Part shown: positions 25,283 through 36,089 of the stretch, one piece after another
How the letters are laid out: every line of letters begins with the position of its first letter
Position numbering within the stretch: the first letter of the stretch is position 1
NCBI GenBank assembly: GCA_051294905.1
Contig: CM119371.1
Location: forward strand, 12,836,001-12,900,000
Length of the DNA: 64,000 bases
DNA from: Botryllus schlosseri
Taxonomy: Eukaryota
Reading direction: 5' to 3'
Notes under the pieces: generated by a model
What the model was told of the DNA's origin: nothing
The model's database searches: none
The model's input: the letters and a program-made list of their open reading frames with translations, nothing else
Translations under genes and position numbers: made by a program

Positions 25283-28200
25283 ATGTCTAGGCGGCGAAAC
25301 CTTGTTAGAATTGTGTCTGATTTTACACAACCAAGCAGCTTGGGTATACCTGAAAATCTGATCGAGATCGTGGAAGAAAACTGGCACTCCATTCGCAGCT
25401 CAACACTCGCACCGCACAGTATACGCAGCTTACACAATTTTCGTATACTCGGCCGCAGCCCAAGTGACGTCATCAACGATCTAAAGGACATCTTCGTCTC
25501 ACAACAGTATGGTTTTAGAATCAATTACGCTTTTGCCCACATACTTGGTAATGTTGAGACAAGCGAATTGAGATACTATCATTCGTCCGAGAACGCCGGT
25601 GTTATGTTGGATACACCTAAAATGATTTCTAATCGCAGTGACTTTGACCAATTTGTAGACAATATAGACTTGGCCGCGGGCTTCGAGAGTGCTCGCTTTC
25701 AGAGAGACGATACTAAATTTGATGTCTTGGCGGTCACAAACGTGACCTTTTATGTATACAAATCTGACTTCAGATTAATTGGGTGTAGTAGAATCGAAAT
25801 CCCAAAGTCTATTGTGAATTCACATAGTGTTTTGGATTTAATGAAAAATCGACATGGTGTACCCTATGACGATCATTATTGTATATTTCGCTGTGTCGCT
25901 GTTATGCTTTGTGATGGTAATCATTATAGTGGTGACTTGCAGTCTAAAACACTCTCTCTGGTGGCACAATATTCCGCTTTATATGGGGACCCTGATTCTG
26001 GGGTATGTATGAACGATTTACATAAAGTCGAGTCATGTCTTAAAGTATCCATCTGTGTCTATACATTGAAAGATGGGGTCGGGTATATACTACGACACGG
26101 TGCTCGGGAGGGGTTGAAAATTCATGTTCATTTAGAGGGAGGGAGACATTTTTGTTATATTAAAAACTCGAACTTATATTGCAAGAATTATAGCTGTGAG
26201 ACCTGTCATCGCCTGTTCAGTTCAAAATACTTTCTCCAACGGCATAATTGCTTTAAAGATATTCCTAACCACTACCGTGGGGGTATGTTCAAGCCTGAGC
26301 CTACTATATTTGAAGCGTTGGACGAGTTGGGGATAATTGTGCCCAAACCATCTCGTTTCTACCCGTATAACTTGGTTTTTGACTATGAGAGTATATTGCA
26401 AAAAGGCTCAACTCCAAACGACACTGCTAATGTGCACTATGTAGATCATCATATCCCGGCCGCGGTGGCCTTCGCATGTAATTACCCAGGGTACGAGACC
26501 CCAGAAGTACTGATTAGTGATGGCGACCCTGGGGCGCTGGTTGCTAGAATGATGTCACGGTTTGAATTGATCCAAAGTGAGTGTTTTGAGGCATTATGTC
26601 AACAATTTCATGATGTGTTGGAACGATTAGATTGTATTGCTGAAGAAATGCATACCGCTGAGCCGGATGTCAAGCGTATGAGCCCAGCAACCTTATTGAA
26701 ACATCGTTTTTTGAATTATTTGAGTCAATTACCTGTATTCTTTTTCAATGGGTCTCGTTATGATATACCTTTGATTATCCCATATCTGGTGGAGTACTTA
26801 TCAGACCCTATCAGTATTGTTAAGAGGGGGACGTCGTATATGTCTTTGTCGACTAATCGATTTCGATTTTTGGATGTGACCTTGTATCTTGGCGCCGGCA
26901 CAAGTTATGACGCATACATACGTTGTCATAACTGTGCTTCAACGAAGGCCTTTTTTCCATATAACTATTTCACTGATTTATCGGTATTGGATGAAAAATG
27001 TCTCCCAGACCACATACATTTTTATAACAAACTGAAACGGTCTAATATAACTGATGAACAATATCTTTGGTGTCAATCAAAGTGGGCAGAACATAAAATG
27101 ACTACTTTTCGTGACTATCTGTCTTTCTATGTCAGTTTAGATGTTGGCCCGTTACTGGAGGCCCTCACAAAGCATAAGCAACTCTTTGCTCGTTACTCAA
27201 TTGACATGGCTAAACATGGTATATCATTGCCCTCTCTGGCATCACGGTTTGTGTTTAATAGCATACCACCTGTATTCACCTTGTTGAATCAAAAGTATAG
27301 TCATATACACACCTTGATACGGGAAAATCTACGTGGCGGGCTTTCTGTTGTTTCATTGCGATATGCAGAGGCTAAGGTCACAAAAATCAAACCCCAAATC
27401 TATGGTGATAACGCTCTACCTGTAGAACAGGTGCTAGGTCTGGACGCCAACTGTCTCTACCTCGATTGTCTTCGTTCTCGATTACCGGGGGGTTATCCTT
27501 GTCTGTGGTCACCTAATGAAGATTTTACTCTATTCTCCAGGACAAAAACGGCACCTCTCTATGGAAAAATGGCTCACCAATGGCTAAGCTACATTGCGCA
27601 CTGTCGGGGGGTCAAAATCCAACATCAATTCAATGGTCCTGAGCATCGTATCGGCCTGCTCCAGATTTGCATTGATGGGTATTATAGGACCCCACAAGGG
27701 CCTGTTGCACTTGAGCTGTTTGGATGTTTTCACCATGGCCACGGCTGCGAGTTGGGAACCAGCCCGGATCGTCAAGCCCGCTGGGCCGCGACGCAGCGTA
27801 AAATCCAGTATATTCAAAAAGTGGGGTATAAATTGGAGTACATCACAGAATGTCAATGGGTCATTATGCGTCAACGAAGTGATATAGCTGCCTTTATTCA
27901 AACTCTCGAATTCAGTAAAATGGTGAAATGTCGGGTCCTTTCAAGGTCGAAACTCTTAGAGTTGGTGTCAAAAGATCAATTTTTGGGGCCGTTGAGGTCG
28001 ACATTCATGTGCCAAGTCATCTCAAAGAGCATTTTAGTGAGTTCTGTCCCCTGTTCAAACATGCTTATGTAAGTCGTGATGATATAGGCCCGTACATGAA
28101 AGCATTTGCTGAACAACATGGTTTTTTGAAACGGCCACGGAAATTCTTGATTGCTACTCTGCAGGCCACAAAAACATTGTTAATAACACCACTATTGAAG

Positions 28201-29160
28201 TGGTACCTCGAGAACGGGTTAATCGTTACTAAGGTATATCAAGCTATCGAGTTTGAACCCATTGAATGTTTCAATTCTCTTGTAGATACGATAACCGAGG
28301 CTAGAAGACGGGCTGACGATGACCCGTCTCAGAAGCCACTGGGGCAGTTCTATAAAGACATTGCAAATTCCTGTATAGGTAAAACTATCTCGAATTGTAC
28401 AAAATATTCTGATGTCAAGATTGTTAACCGCCAAAAAGCTATGGTCTTGGTAAATGACTCCAGATTTAAATCGATGATAGAGTTGTCACCAGATATTTTT
28501 GAGGTGTCCATGAAATTGAGAAGACATGTTTGGAGCCAACCTAACCACATTGGGTACTTTTTCTATGATTATGCGAAATTGGCCTTATTACGGTTCCATT
28601 CGTACCTGTCCACCTACCTCCTGCCCCGGTCCATTGAAGTAGCATACAGCGACACTGATTCTTGGTACGGAGCTATCTCCTCTGACAGCCTGCTAAAAGT
28701 TGTACGACCCGAAAAACAAGCAGAATTTTTTGAAAATTTTCACAAATATTTTCCAGCAATCGTCTGTGACGAGCACCGTAGCGAATTTTTGGCCAATCCT
28801 CTTTCGTTCAATGATAAACGTGCCTGTTGCAAAGCTCGTAATCGATATGATCAACGGACCAGTGGTCTTTTCAAAATTGAGGCACAATCGAATATTTTCG
28901 TTGGTCTGTCTGCAAAGACTTATTATTGCAATGAGGATAAGTACTCATGCAAAGGGCTCTCAAAAGTAAACAAACTGACTGCTGACATCTACCGGAAAGT
29001 GTTGTTTGAGAAAAAACCACATGGTGATGTGAATTCTGGTTTTGTGCGGAAGAATGCTTCCATTTATACCTATGAGCAATTTCGATCGGCCCTGTCTCAC
29101 TTCTACTGTAAACGAATAGTCGAATCAGACGGTATTCATACGAGACCCTTGGAACTATGA
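25283..29160 (+). CDS. polB: Protein-primed family B DNA polymerase (pPolB) with vOTU-like, zinc-finger and VSR-like domains; one frameshift near 27980
   Basis: ExoI LVFDYES, ExoII FFNGSRYD, ExoIII YVSLDV; motif A GLDANCLY, motif B KDIANSCIG, motif C YSDTDS. N-terminal DDHYCIF...HFCYI (OTU-like); CETC...H Zn finger; IDGY...ELFGCFHHGH...ITECQW nuclease-like insert. Adding one T to the T5 run at 27980-27984 joins ORFs 25232-28072 and 27928-29160 (about 1292 aa). Confidence 0.95.
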
Positions 29161-29295
29161 TTTTTTCGAATGTGCACTTTCCGTATTCTGTGCTTTTTTA
29201 AACCTGTTTTCGCATTATGCTCTCATGTTGACTCGAAATATTCTATGCATCTTGACCCTTTCCCAATAGTGCTCGTTTTCTCGTGTTGTTTACAG

Positions 29296-30980
29296 ACGAT
29301 AGCATTAACACCACAGGGTCAATAGCTTACAGCAGGTGGGGAAAAGCGTATTGTGTTTCACGATTGTATAATACAATGAGTTTTTTCTTTTCAGATTTTA
29401 TCAGCATATAGAAGGAATCGTATAGAAAGAATCGTGGTGAGTTGAAACTATTATGATTTACCATAAATTGGAATCATAATTGTCTCAATTCTCAGATGGA
29501 TCAATACATCGATCATGTAGAATTCTTTCCGCTTCGGGAGTACATGTCTGGGTACGATCATTTACCTCTATGCGAGCAGAAAGACAAGTTCGAGATTGGC
29601 GTTCTGTTTGGTCTGATCATACGACACGAATGTGGGGCAGACCGGGTGGAACTTTTGGCTGAGGTCTTGAGGATAGAGGCTTTGAACATGGACGTCAGAA
29701 GACTCAGAAACATCTTGGAGGAGATTGGGGGTGTGTAAATATGCTCTTAGCTCTCTGTCGTTGCTAAGGCACGTTTATTCATAGACACAAGAATATGCTG
29801 GCGTCCTCCTCGCCCGTCTCAGCTACAAGACCTGTCGAGTCGCATGGAATTCCTAAAAACAGGTGGGTTGTATATTGTGACACAAGTATGGAGTCTTACT
29901 ATTATTTTATTTTATAGTGTTTCGGCGGCACGTCAAAGACATGTTAAAACGAAGACACTATTTTGCTGGCATACATTGCTTATCTTTTGGTGCTCACTGT
30001 GAAATTTTGTTCCATATTGAACGCTTTTTCTATCATCAACGCCTGTCGCTTGCGACTAGTTTTCGAAGGCGGCGTTTGAGTTTGTATTATGTGTGTTATT
30101 TTTGTTTTTTTCCCAGATGACTCATAACTCAGCTAGCGATTTCATTAGTCATGTTTGCGGCCAGCTTTCACTCAATAGACTTCACCGCGACACCCAAGCC
30201 AACTGGCATCGTGTCTCTGTGCTGAAAGATATTCTGCTGGAAGACAATCTGACCGATCAGCAAACTACTCACTTCAAGAAAGAGTTGCAGGATCGTCTAC
30301 ACATTGCCACCATCTTGAGACCAGGTAACAAGCAGTAATAGTCATTACCCGACACATATGTAGCTATCTTTTGTCTTCTAGAATGGATGAGCTTTCGAGA
30401 CGACCTGTTGAGGTGTGTGACGGAGCTGCAGTTTCTACCTGTGTTCACGTATGAAGGCGATGGTGTGACGAGCCGACTGCTGACTGATGCCCGTATCCTG
30501 AATCGTCGTCAAGTTGGCTTCACAGACCCCACCGATCGTGCCGCCTGTAGCGTACAGAACCGCGATCAGTGCTTGACTCACAGAGGAAACGACAACAACC
30601 GATACCGCTTCATGAACCAGGGTTATCTCCGAACGGGAGAAGATCGTCGCGCCCCTAAATCCGTTGACACATCACCTACCGTGGTTGACGCCCCGTTTGT
30701 CGTGGCGACACCGCAGCGTGCCAGAGACATACATCAGTCGCCAGTGCTACCAAGACCGAATCTGACTGCCCCGTTTGTCGTGGCGACACCACAGCGTGCC
30801 AGAGACATACATCAGTCGCCAGTGCTACCAAGACCGAATCTGACTAAAATCGTAACAAAAAAGTCACACGGCCGGGTATCACCTTACCCTCGTAGACCTC
30901 GAGTCTTAGCCAGGACACCGCTGAGTCCTGATGATGCCTCGTCTTCTCGTATCGATTATGATACCTCGCTTCTGCTGTAA
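29296..30980 (+). CDS. Putative multi-exon orphan gene region of the Polinton
   Basis: GT-AG introns of 55-59 nt at 29336-29394, 29437-29495, 29863-29917 and 30325-30381. The last joins ORF 30117-30324 in frame to ORF 30387-30980. Confidence 0.5.
30690..30845 (+). repeat. In-frame 78-bp tandem duplication (26 aa x2)
   Basis: APFVVATPQRARDIHQSPVLPRPNLT twice; one synonymous difference seen (CCG/CCA). Confidence 0.95.
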
Positions 30981-31098
30981 AAGGCGGTCTCGTGGACATT
31001 GTAAGATTCGCTGCGTGGACGGTTTGCGTGACGCTCAGAATCGGCATATTTTTTCGTGTACCTGTCCTTGTTATATATAGAAGTGTGTTTGTGAATAC

Positions 31099-31740
31099 AT
31101 GTCTCGTCACGTCAAAACAGCCTTGGTGATGGATTTCTCGACAGGGAGGGCATGTCTTTTGGCAGGACCGTCGTTTTCGGGGAAGAGCACTTTTATATTT
31201 AAAGTCATAAAAAATATCGATCAGCTTTCAAAGGGTCGTATTAAAAGAATTATCTATTGCTATACGGCTTATCAAGACTCCTTCAACGAGCTGCAAGGTG
31301 TTGAGTTTTACTCGGATCTCTCCATTTTGGATGAGTTGGCGACAAGCCGCCCCTGTCCTACTCTATTAATTATTGACGATAAAATGGAATTTTCGGACAG
31401 GGTGACCCCCTTCTTTACAGTGTACGCGAACCACAAATCGGTGACCACAATATTCGCGGTCCAAAATTTATATTTCCAGTCCAAAAGATCGAGGGACCTC
31501 AGTCTCAGCACCCAGTATTTGATTATCATGCGTAATCCTAGAGATCGATCTCAGATTCGAGTGCTTGGCAAGCAAATGTATCCGGGTAACTCCAAGTTTC
31601 TAGTTGACGCGTATGCCGATGCGACAAAGAACGCTCACGGGTACCTTTTTATAGATTTGACGCAAGCCACACCCGATTCTAGTCGTGTTAAAACAGGGGT
31701 GTTTCCTGGGGATGAACTCGTGTTGTACACGCCACTATAA
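31099..31740 (+). CDS. A32-like (FtsK/HerA) genome packaging ATPase
   Basis: Walker A GPSFSGKST, Walker B LLIIDD, IFAVQN, RNPRD and HGYLFIDL motifs typical of Polinton ATPases. Confidence 0.93.
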   Translation: MSRHVKTALVMDFSTGRACLLAGPSFSGKSTFIFKVIKNIDQLSKGRIKRIIYCYTAYQDSFNELQGVEFYSDLSILDELATSRPCPTLLIIDDKMEFSDRVTPFFTVYANHKSVTTIFAVQNLYFQSKRSRDLSLSTQYLIIMRNPRDRSQIRVLGKQMYPGNSKFLVDAYADATKNAHGYLFIDLTQATPDSSRVKTGVFPGDELVLYTPL

Positions 31741-31777
31741 ATAGTGAAAGTGCCGGCGCTTTGACACTATATTCATA

Positions 31778-32152
31778 ATGGCTCGGACCAAATCGCTGCC
31801 GAAACGTCACTGTTATATTAAGAAGCACGGCGAGACTTTGAAATTTCTGTCCAAGGCGTCGCCCGCGGTAAGGAAGGATATATTATTGGGGAGCTCTTCT
31901 GGTTTGGTGAAAGCATTTTGCGAAGTCTGTGTGAATGTTTTGAACGGCAATCTGAGACTGTCAAAACGCCATATACAAAATTTACACCCGCACAAAGACA
32001 AAATTCGAAAGCTGACAAGTAAAAAGTTGAGCCTGAAGACCAAGAGACGTGTATTACACGCCAACACCCAGCGAGGAGGCTTTATTAGTGGGATCTTGTC
32101 AATCCTGCCATTGGCGGCGTCGTTGTTGAAATCTGTTTTTGGCAAAAAATGA
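31778..32152 (+). CDS. Basic Polinton virion core-type protein with adenain-like cleavage site
   Basis: K/R-rich; CEVCVNVLNGNL; C-terminal QRGG/FISGILSILPLAASLL amphipathic tail. Confidence 0.75.
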   Translation: MARTKSLPKRHCYIKKHGETLKFLSKASPAVRKDILLGSSSGLVKAFCEVCVNVLNGNLRLSKRHIQNLHPHKDKIRKLTSKKLSLKTKRRVLHANTQRGGFISGILSILPLAASLLKSVFGKK

Positions 32153-32601
32153 ATTTCAAAAAAGTGATCATATCGCCTAACCCTCTAGCTCCCTCTAACG
32201 CGACTGATTTGAACTCCGAGTTGGACCGATCGATCAGCGCGATTTTGACTATGGACGTTTCGGCCGACAAGAAATTGTCCTTGTATAACTCTGCCATCTC
32301 AAAGTATAAAAGTCAACGGGGTCAGATCGACAAGCCTCTTCAGATGAAGATGACCAACACCTCCAACGGGTTCACGAACGATCAGATAGCCACTCTCCGC
32401 GAATTACTGCACGAAGTGAAGCCGGGTCGGGTCACCTCGAAAGTAACACCGAAAGCCCCGTCGTCTCCAAGCACCCCCACCACAAGCAAGATAGCTAAAA
32501 CATCACCGCCACTGCAAGAGATCATCAAACGTAGCCGGCGAGCTAACAGGAAGCCGCCCCAGCTCTACGGGTCGTGGACGGCCTACGACGATGACGAGTA
32601 A
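32149..32601 (+). CDS. Polinton hypothetical protein (150 aa)
   Basis: Intact ORF coupled by an ATGA overlap to the upstream gene and overlapping the integrase start. Confidence 0.7.
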   Translation: MNFKKVIISPNPLAPSNATDLNSELDRSISAILTMDVSADKKLSLYNSAISKYKSQRGQIDKPLQMKMTNTSNGFTNDQIATLRELLHEVKPGRVTSKVTPKAPSSPSTPTTSKIAKTSPPLQEIIKRSRRANRKPPQLYGSWTAYDDDE

Positions 32602-33592
32602 GGATAAATATTTTGATATCAAAGCGCCGGCGAGCTATCGCGGTAAATACTTACACCCCGACAAGAAGGATTTGAAACAAGAGGATAGCTACACCCTATT
32701 CTATCCGTATACAGGCAAATTTCAACGCCAGAAGACGATCGTCGGCGGGCCATTCATTCAGATCCAGAGTGACCTCATGGACTTGTCTAATATTTCTAGT
32801 AGCAATGACGGCTACCGTTATGTGTTGGTGTCAATTTGTTGTTTTTCGAAATATATGTTTTTACACGCGACGAAACGAAAGCGTCCGATAGATATGGTCG
32901 AGGGCTTCAACCAGGTATTCGCTCATAAGAGGCCACACGTCGTTCAGACTGATGCCGGGAAAGAATTTACCGGGTCGGTTATACAGAGGTTTTTTAGAGA
33001 CAACCACGTCAAGCACTTTTTTACCAACAGCGACACTAAGGCTAGCATCGTAGAACGGGTAATCCGTACGACCCGCAATGTATTGAATCGCTACTTTGTC
33101 AAGAACCGCACACATCGCTACATCGACGTGTTGGGTGATATCGCAGAGAGCTATAACCAAACGTATCACACCGCGATTTTAATGCGACCGTCGGAGGTTA
33201 CCAATAGCAACGCGTCTCTGGTGTTCGATAGACTATACAACGGAACCGGACCTCCGGTGTCACCCAAGCTACCCGTCGATCAACCAGTGAGAATTACCAC
33301 CCGACGTGCCACGTTTGCGAAAGGTACAGCGGGGTCTTGGACTCGCGAGATATTTTACGTACACACATGGAAATGGGGGAGCCCCGCTACGTACACCATC
33401 CGAGATTATAACGGGGACGTGATTAGTGGAACATTCTACGAAAGTGAATTGCAAGCCATCGATAAAAAAGACGATGTCTATCGCGTAGAATCGATACAAA
33501 AAGTGAGCGGTAGGGGGCGCAAGCGGAGATATCTAGTGCGCTGGGAGGGTTACCCAAAATCGATGGACTCTTACGTCGACGGCTTTGTATAA
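32591..33592 (+). CDS. int: Retroviral-like (rve) integrase with C-terminal chromodomain
   Basis: DDE triad QSDLMD / QTDAGKEF / VERVIRT; YNQTYHTAI; chromo-like YRVESI...YLVRWEGYPKSMDSYV. Confidence 0.95.
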   Translation: MTSKDKYFDIKAPASYRGKYLHPDKKDLKQEDSYTLFYPYTGKFQRQKTIVGGPFIQIQSDLMDLSNISSSNDGYRYVLVSICCFSKYMFLHATKRKRPIDMVEGFNQVFAHKRPHVVQTDAGKEFTGSVIQRFFRDNHVKHFFTNSDTKASIVERVIRTTRNVLNRYFVKNRTHRYIDVLGDIAESYNQTYHTAILMRPSEVTNSNASLVFDRLYNGTGPPVSPKLPVDQPVRITTRRATFAKGTAGSWTREIFYVHTWKWGSPATYTIRDYNGDVISGTFYESELQAIDKKDDVYRVESIQKVSGRGRKRRYLVRWEGYPKSMDSYVDGFV

Positions 33593-33622
33593 AACAGAGA
33601 CGGGGACTCGACCGTGGTAATC

Positions 33623-33784
33623 ATGGATTTATCGCAGCGGGTACGTTACGGATACCTTTGGTGGTTCTACAGCTCGCGATACTGTTTTTTATCGTGGGGG
33701 TAACTGTTTATAACTTATTCACCGAGACCCAGACGGATCTATCTTCGTTAACTAGGGTACTGTCTCTCCAAACCGCCGACGAGG
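33623..33784 (+). pseudogene. Possible small transmembrane protein gene, frame-disrupted
   Basis: Pieces in different frames: MDLSQRVRYGYL / VVLQLAILFFIVGVTVYNL / LGYCLSKP. Resembles from memory a small hydrophobic Polinton ORF; not verified. Confidence 0.35.
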
Positions 33785-34588
33785 ATGTCTCTTCTGGTTT
33801 TACCGAGTAATTCTTCAATGAGCGTTTTTAAGGCAAACACCGCGAACGATTTTGTAACCCAACTATTCTCCGAGTTAAAATATGATACAGAAAGATATGA
33901 GGCAGGGCTTGCGGAAGTCATGTTCCCAGTGAGCTTCCAGCCCACGTTCACGGTAGACCACAAGCGTGCGGGTATCGAATTTTCTGACAGGGGTCATCGC
34001 TACGTGTATTACATCCCGGCCGGCGAGTATCGTAGTGTCCCAGATATGTTGGAACAGTTCCGCTTGCGATACGAGAAAGAAATTACAATCAAGCGATATT
34101 CCGGTGGCGTGTTCGGCTTGAACTTTGAGTATCTCAAGAGTCGATTTCCACAGGCCGACGAGCCCTTGATACGGGTCGAAAAAATCAGTGGTGCGGGTCC
34201 GCGTCTCATTAGCATCGAAGACACGTTTCCGCGTTATTTTACAGTGGAACATCATGTTTTGAAAAAACAGAAACCAATAGAGTTCCTAATCAGGCCGAAA
34301 ACCGTCGTGAAAGATGTAGACACCATCTATATATACACCGATCTGATCAGACCTCGTGTATTCGGGGGCGAGCTGGTACCTCTCCTTCGAAGCGTTCCGG
34401 TGACCGCGCAAGAAGGAAAAATACAGCACTGTGTATATGATAAACCTTACTTTTTCCCCCTGGCCAAGAGTAATATTCGAAATATACGAGTATATCTTCG
34501 TGACAAGAACAATAACCCTGTCGCGTTTAAAACAGCTCCCGTTACTGTGACTTTACTGATCCGTCGAGGAGCCGTCAAAGCGTTATGA
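33785..34588 (+). CDS. Minor capsid (penton, single jelly-roll) protein 1
   Basis: N-terminal LPSNSS...NTANDF...YEAGLAEV; C-terminal IYIYTDLI...GGELVPLLRSV...YFFPL...IRVYLRD...VTLLIR. Confidence 0.88.
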   Translation: MSLLVLPSNSSMSVFKANTANDFVTQLFSELKYDTERYEAGLAEVMFPVSFQPTFTVDHKRAGIEFSDRGHRYVYYIPAGEYRSVPDMLEQFRLRYEKEITIKRYSGGVFGLNFEYLKSRFPQADEPLIRVEKISGAGPRLISIEDTFPRYFTVEHHVLKKQKPIEFLIRPKTVVKDVDTIYIYTDLIRPRVFGGELVPLLRSVPVTAQEGKIQHCVYDKPYFFPLAKSNIRNIRVYLRDKNNNPVAFKTAPVTVTLLIRRGAVKAL

Positions 34589-35364
34589 GCTATATCACGA
34601 TATTCGGAAGCGGACCCGATTTCACGGTTGAATTACCGGTTGAAATCGAATCGGAGGGTAAACAGATCGCTCTCCGAGAAATTAGCTTCAACCATGATTT
34701 TCAGGAAAGAATTGTGATCACAGAACCCACCCCGGCCCTGCGGTTCTACAATACGATTGTCAGACACGTCACGGAAGTCTACGAGTTACCCACCGGAGAT
34801 TTTGATAATGTCGATCAATTAATGCAAAGAATTAGCGAAGAACTCGTGAACGGCTATCACTGGTACTTTACGCACAGCCAGAATCGATTGGTATGCGAGA
34901 GATATGCAATAAATTCGTGTCTGGGTAGGTCTATGCTAGGACCTTACGCGACTCTTAGCGACCGACAGGTCATTCACGAGCATCAAAGACACGATATCGA
35001 CGAGATCATCGCGGATGAGGGGGAGGTTCCGATGCCTTTACGCTCGATTGAGCACGTAGAGTTCCATACAAAGATCGCTCCATCGATAGTAAAATCTCAG
35101 TATATATTTATATATTGCGATTGCGTGCGTCATCTCCCGGTAGGTGATTATATGTCCAGACTGCTACGAATCATCCCCGTTACGGTGCCGGAAATGAAAC
35201 GACAGCACGTATCATTCAGGAAACCGTTTTACCTACCCGCCGATGCCAACAGCTTTCGTAGCGTACGCATCAGCATAAGAGATTCTCTTGGAAAAGAACT
35301 TAAATGTGGTGACATTGAATTGACCCTTCACTTACGAGATGACGTTCCAAACACTGACCGGTGA
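34585..35364 (+). CDS. Minor capsid protein paralogue 2
   Basis: FTVELP...IALREI and IFIYCDCV...VGDYMSRLLRII...FYLP...IRDSLG...LTLHLR; same frame of motifs as mCP1 with a different central insert. Confidence 0.85.
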   Translation: MSYITIFGSGPDFTVELPVEIESEGKQIALREISFNHDFQERIVITEPTPALRFYNTIVRHVTEVYELPTGDFDNVDQLMQRISEELVNGYHWYFTHSQNRLVCERYAINSCLGRSMLGPYATLSDRQVIHEHQRHDIDEIIADEGEVPMPLRSIEHVEFHTKIAPSIVKSQYIFIYCDCVRHLPVGDYMSRLLRIIPVTVPEMKRQHVSFRKPFYLPADANSFRSVRISIRDSLGKELKCGDIELTLHLRDDVPNTDR

Positions 35365-35704
35365 CGGGCCCGTATTTACCCTACCCCACGGAATGGATTG
35401 TAAAGGTCTTGAGATTGCTCTTATGGAGATAAACTTTGTTCGTGAGTCGTGCGAAAGCCTCTACGCCTTTATCTACTGTAATGACATCGAGTCGACGCCG
35501 GTGGGTGACGCTTTGGTCCCGTTGCTAAGAGTCGTTGCGCTACACGAGGGAGAGCGACAAAACCATATATTTCAAAATCGATACTACGCCAAAGTCAGAC
35601 TCGATCGTTTCGAGTATTTCTACATCTATATAAGGGACGAGTATGGTGAATTGTTAGACATCTCGGGTTTAGACCTCACGATACATCTCAGGGTGTCGTT
35701 ATGA
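35339..35704 (+). CDS. Minor capsid protein paralogue 3 (minimal, 121 aa)
   Basis: EIALMEI joined almost directly to AFIYCNDI...VGDALVPLLRVV...YYAKV...IRDEYG...LTIHLR; central insert absent. Confidence 0.8.
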   Translation: MTFQTLTGDGPVFTLPHGMDCKGLEIALMEINFVRESCESLYAFIYCNDIESTPVGDALVPLLRVVALHEGERQNHIFQNRYYAKVRLDRFEYFYIYIRDEYGELLDISGLDLTIHLRVSL

Positions 35705-36089
35705 AAGTACACTATTGCTGTGACCGAGAAGCCGTATTGCACCACTATCAGACCGGGGCTGGGAATTACGGGTTTTACCGGGGGTCCAGGCAAAGCGGTA
35801 GCGGACTCGCGTCGATTTTTCGAACCATAGGCCGGGCGGTCTTACCTCTAGTGTCAAAAAGCTCCAAGATACTGGGGAAACAAATCCTCCGTACCGGGTC
35901 AAATATCGCAAAAGATTTGGTGGCCGGGCGCTCGTTCAAGCAATCCGCTATATCACGGAGTAAAGAAGGAGGTCTGCAGCTTCTCGATACCGCGATCGGG
36001 GGTCGTAAACGAAAAGCCACGAAAAAGCCGCGCGGGGAGGTACCACGTCAAACAAGAAACGTAGACGTAGAGATATATTCGATGGCTAA
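35701..36089 (+). CDS. Small basic amphipathic core / membrane-active protein; frameshift at G4 36034-36037
   Basis: QTGAG and QSGSG/LASIFRTIGRAVLPL motifs. Adding one G gives ...GGGTTSNKKRRRRDIFDG* with TAA at 36087-36089, removing the apparent fusion to the MCP. Confidence 0.75.
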
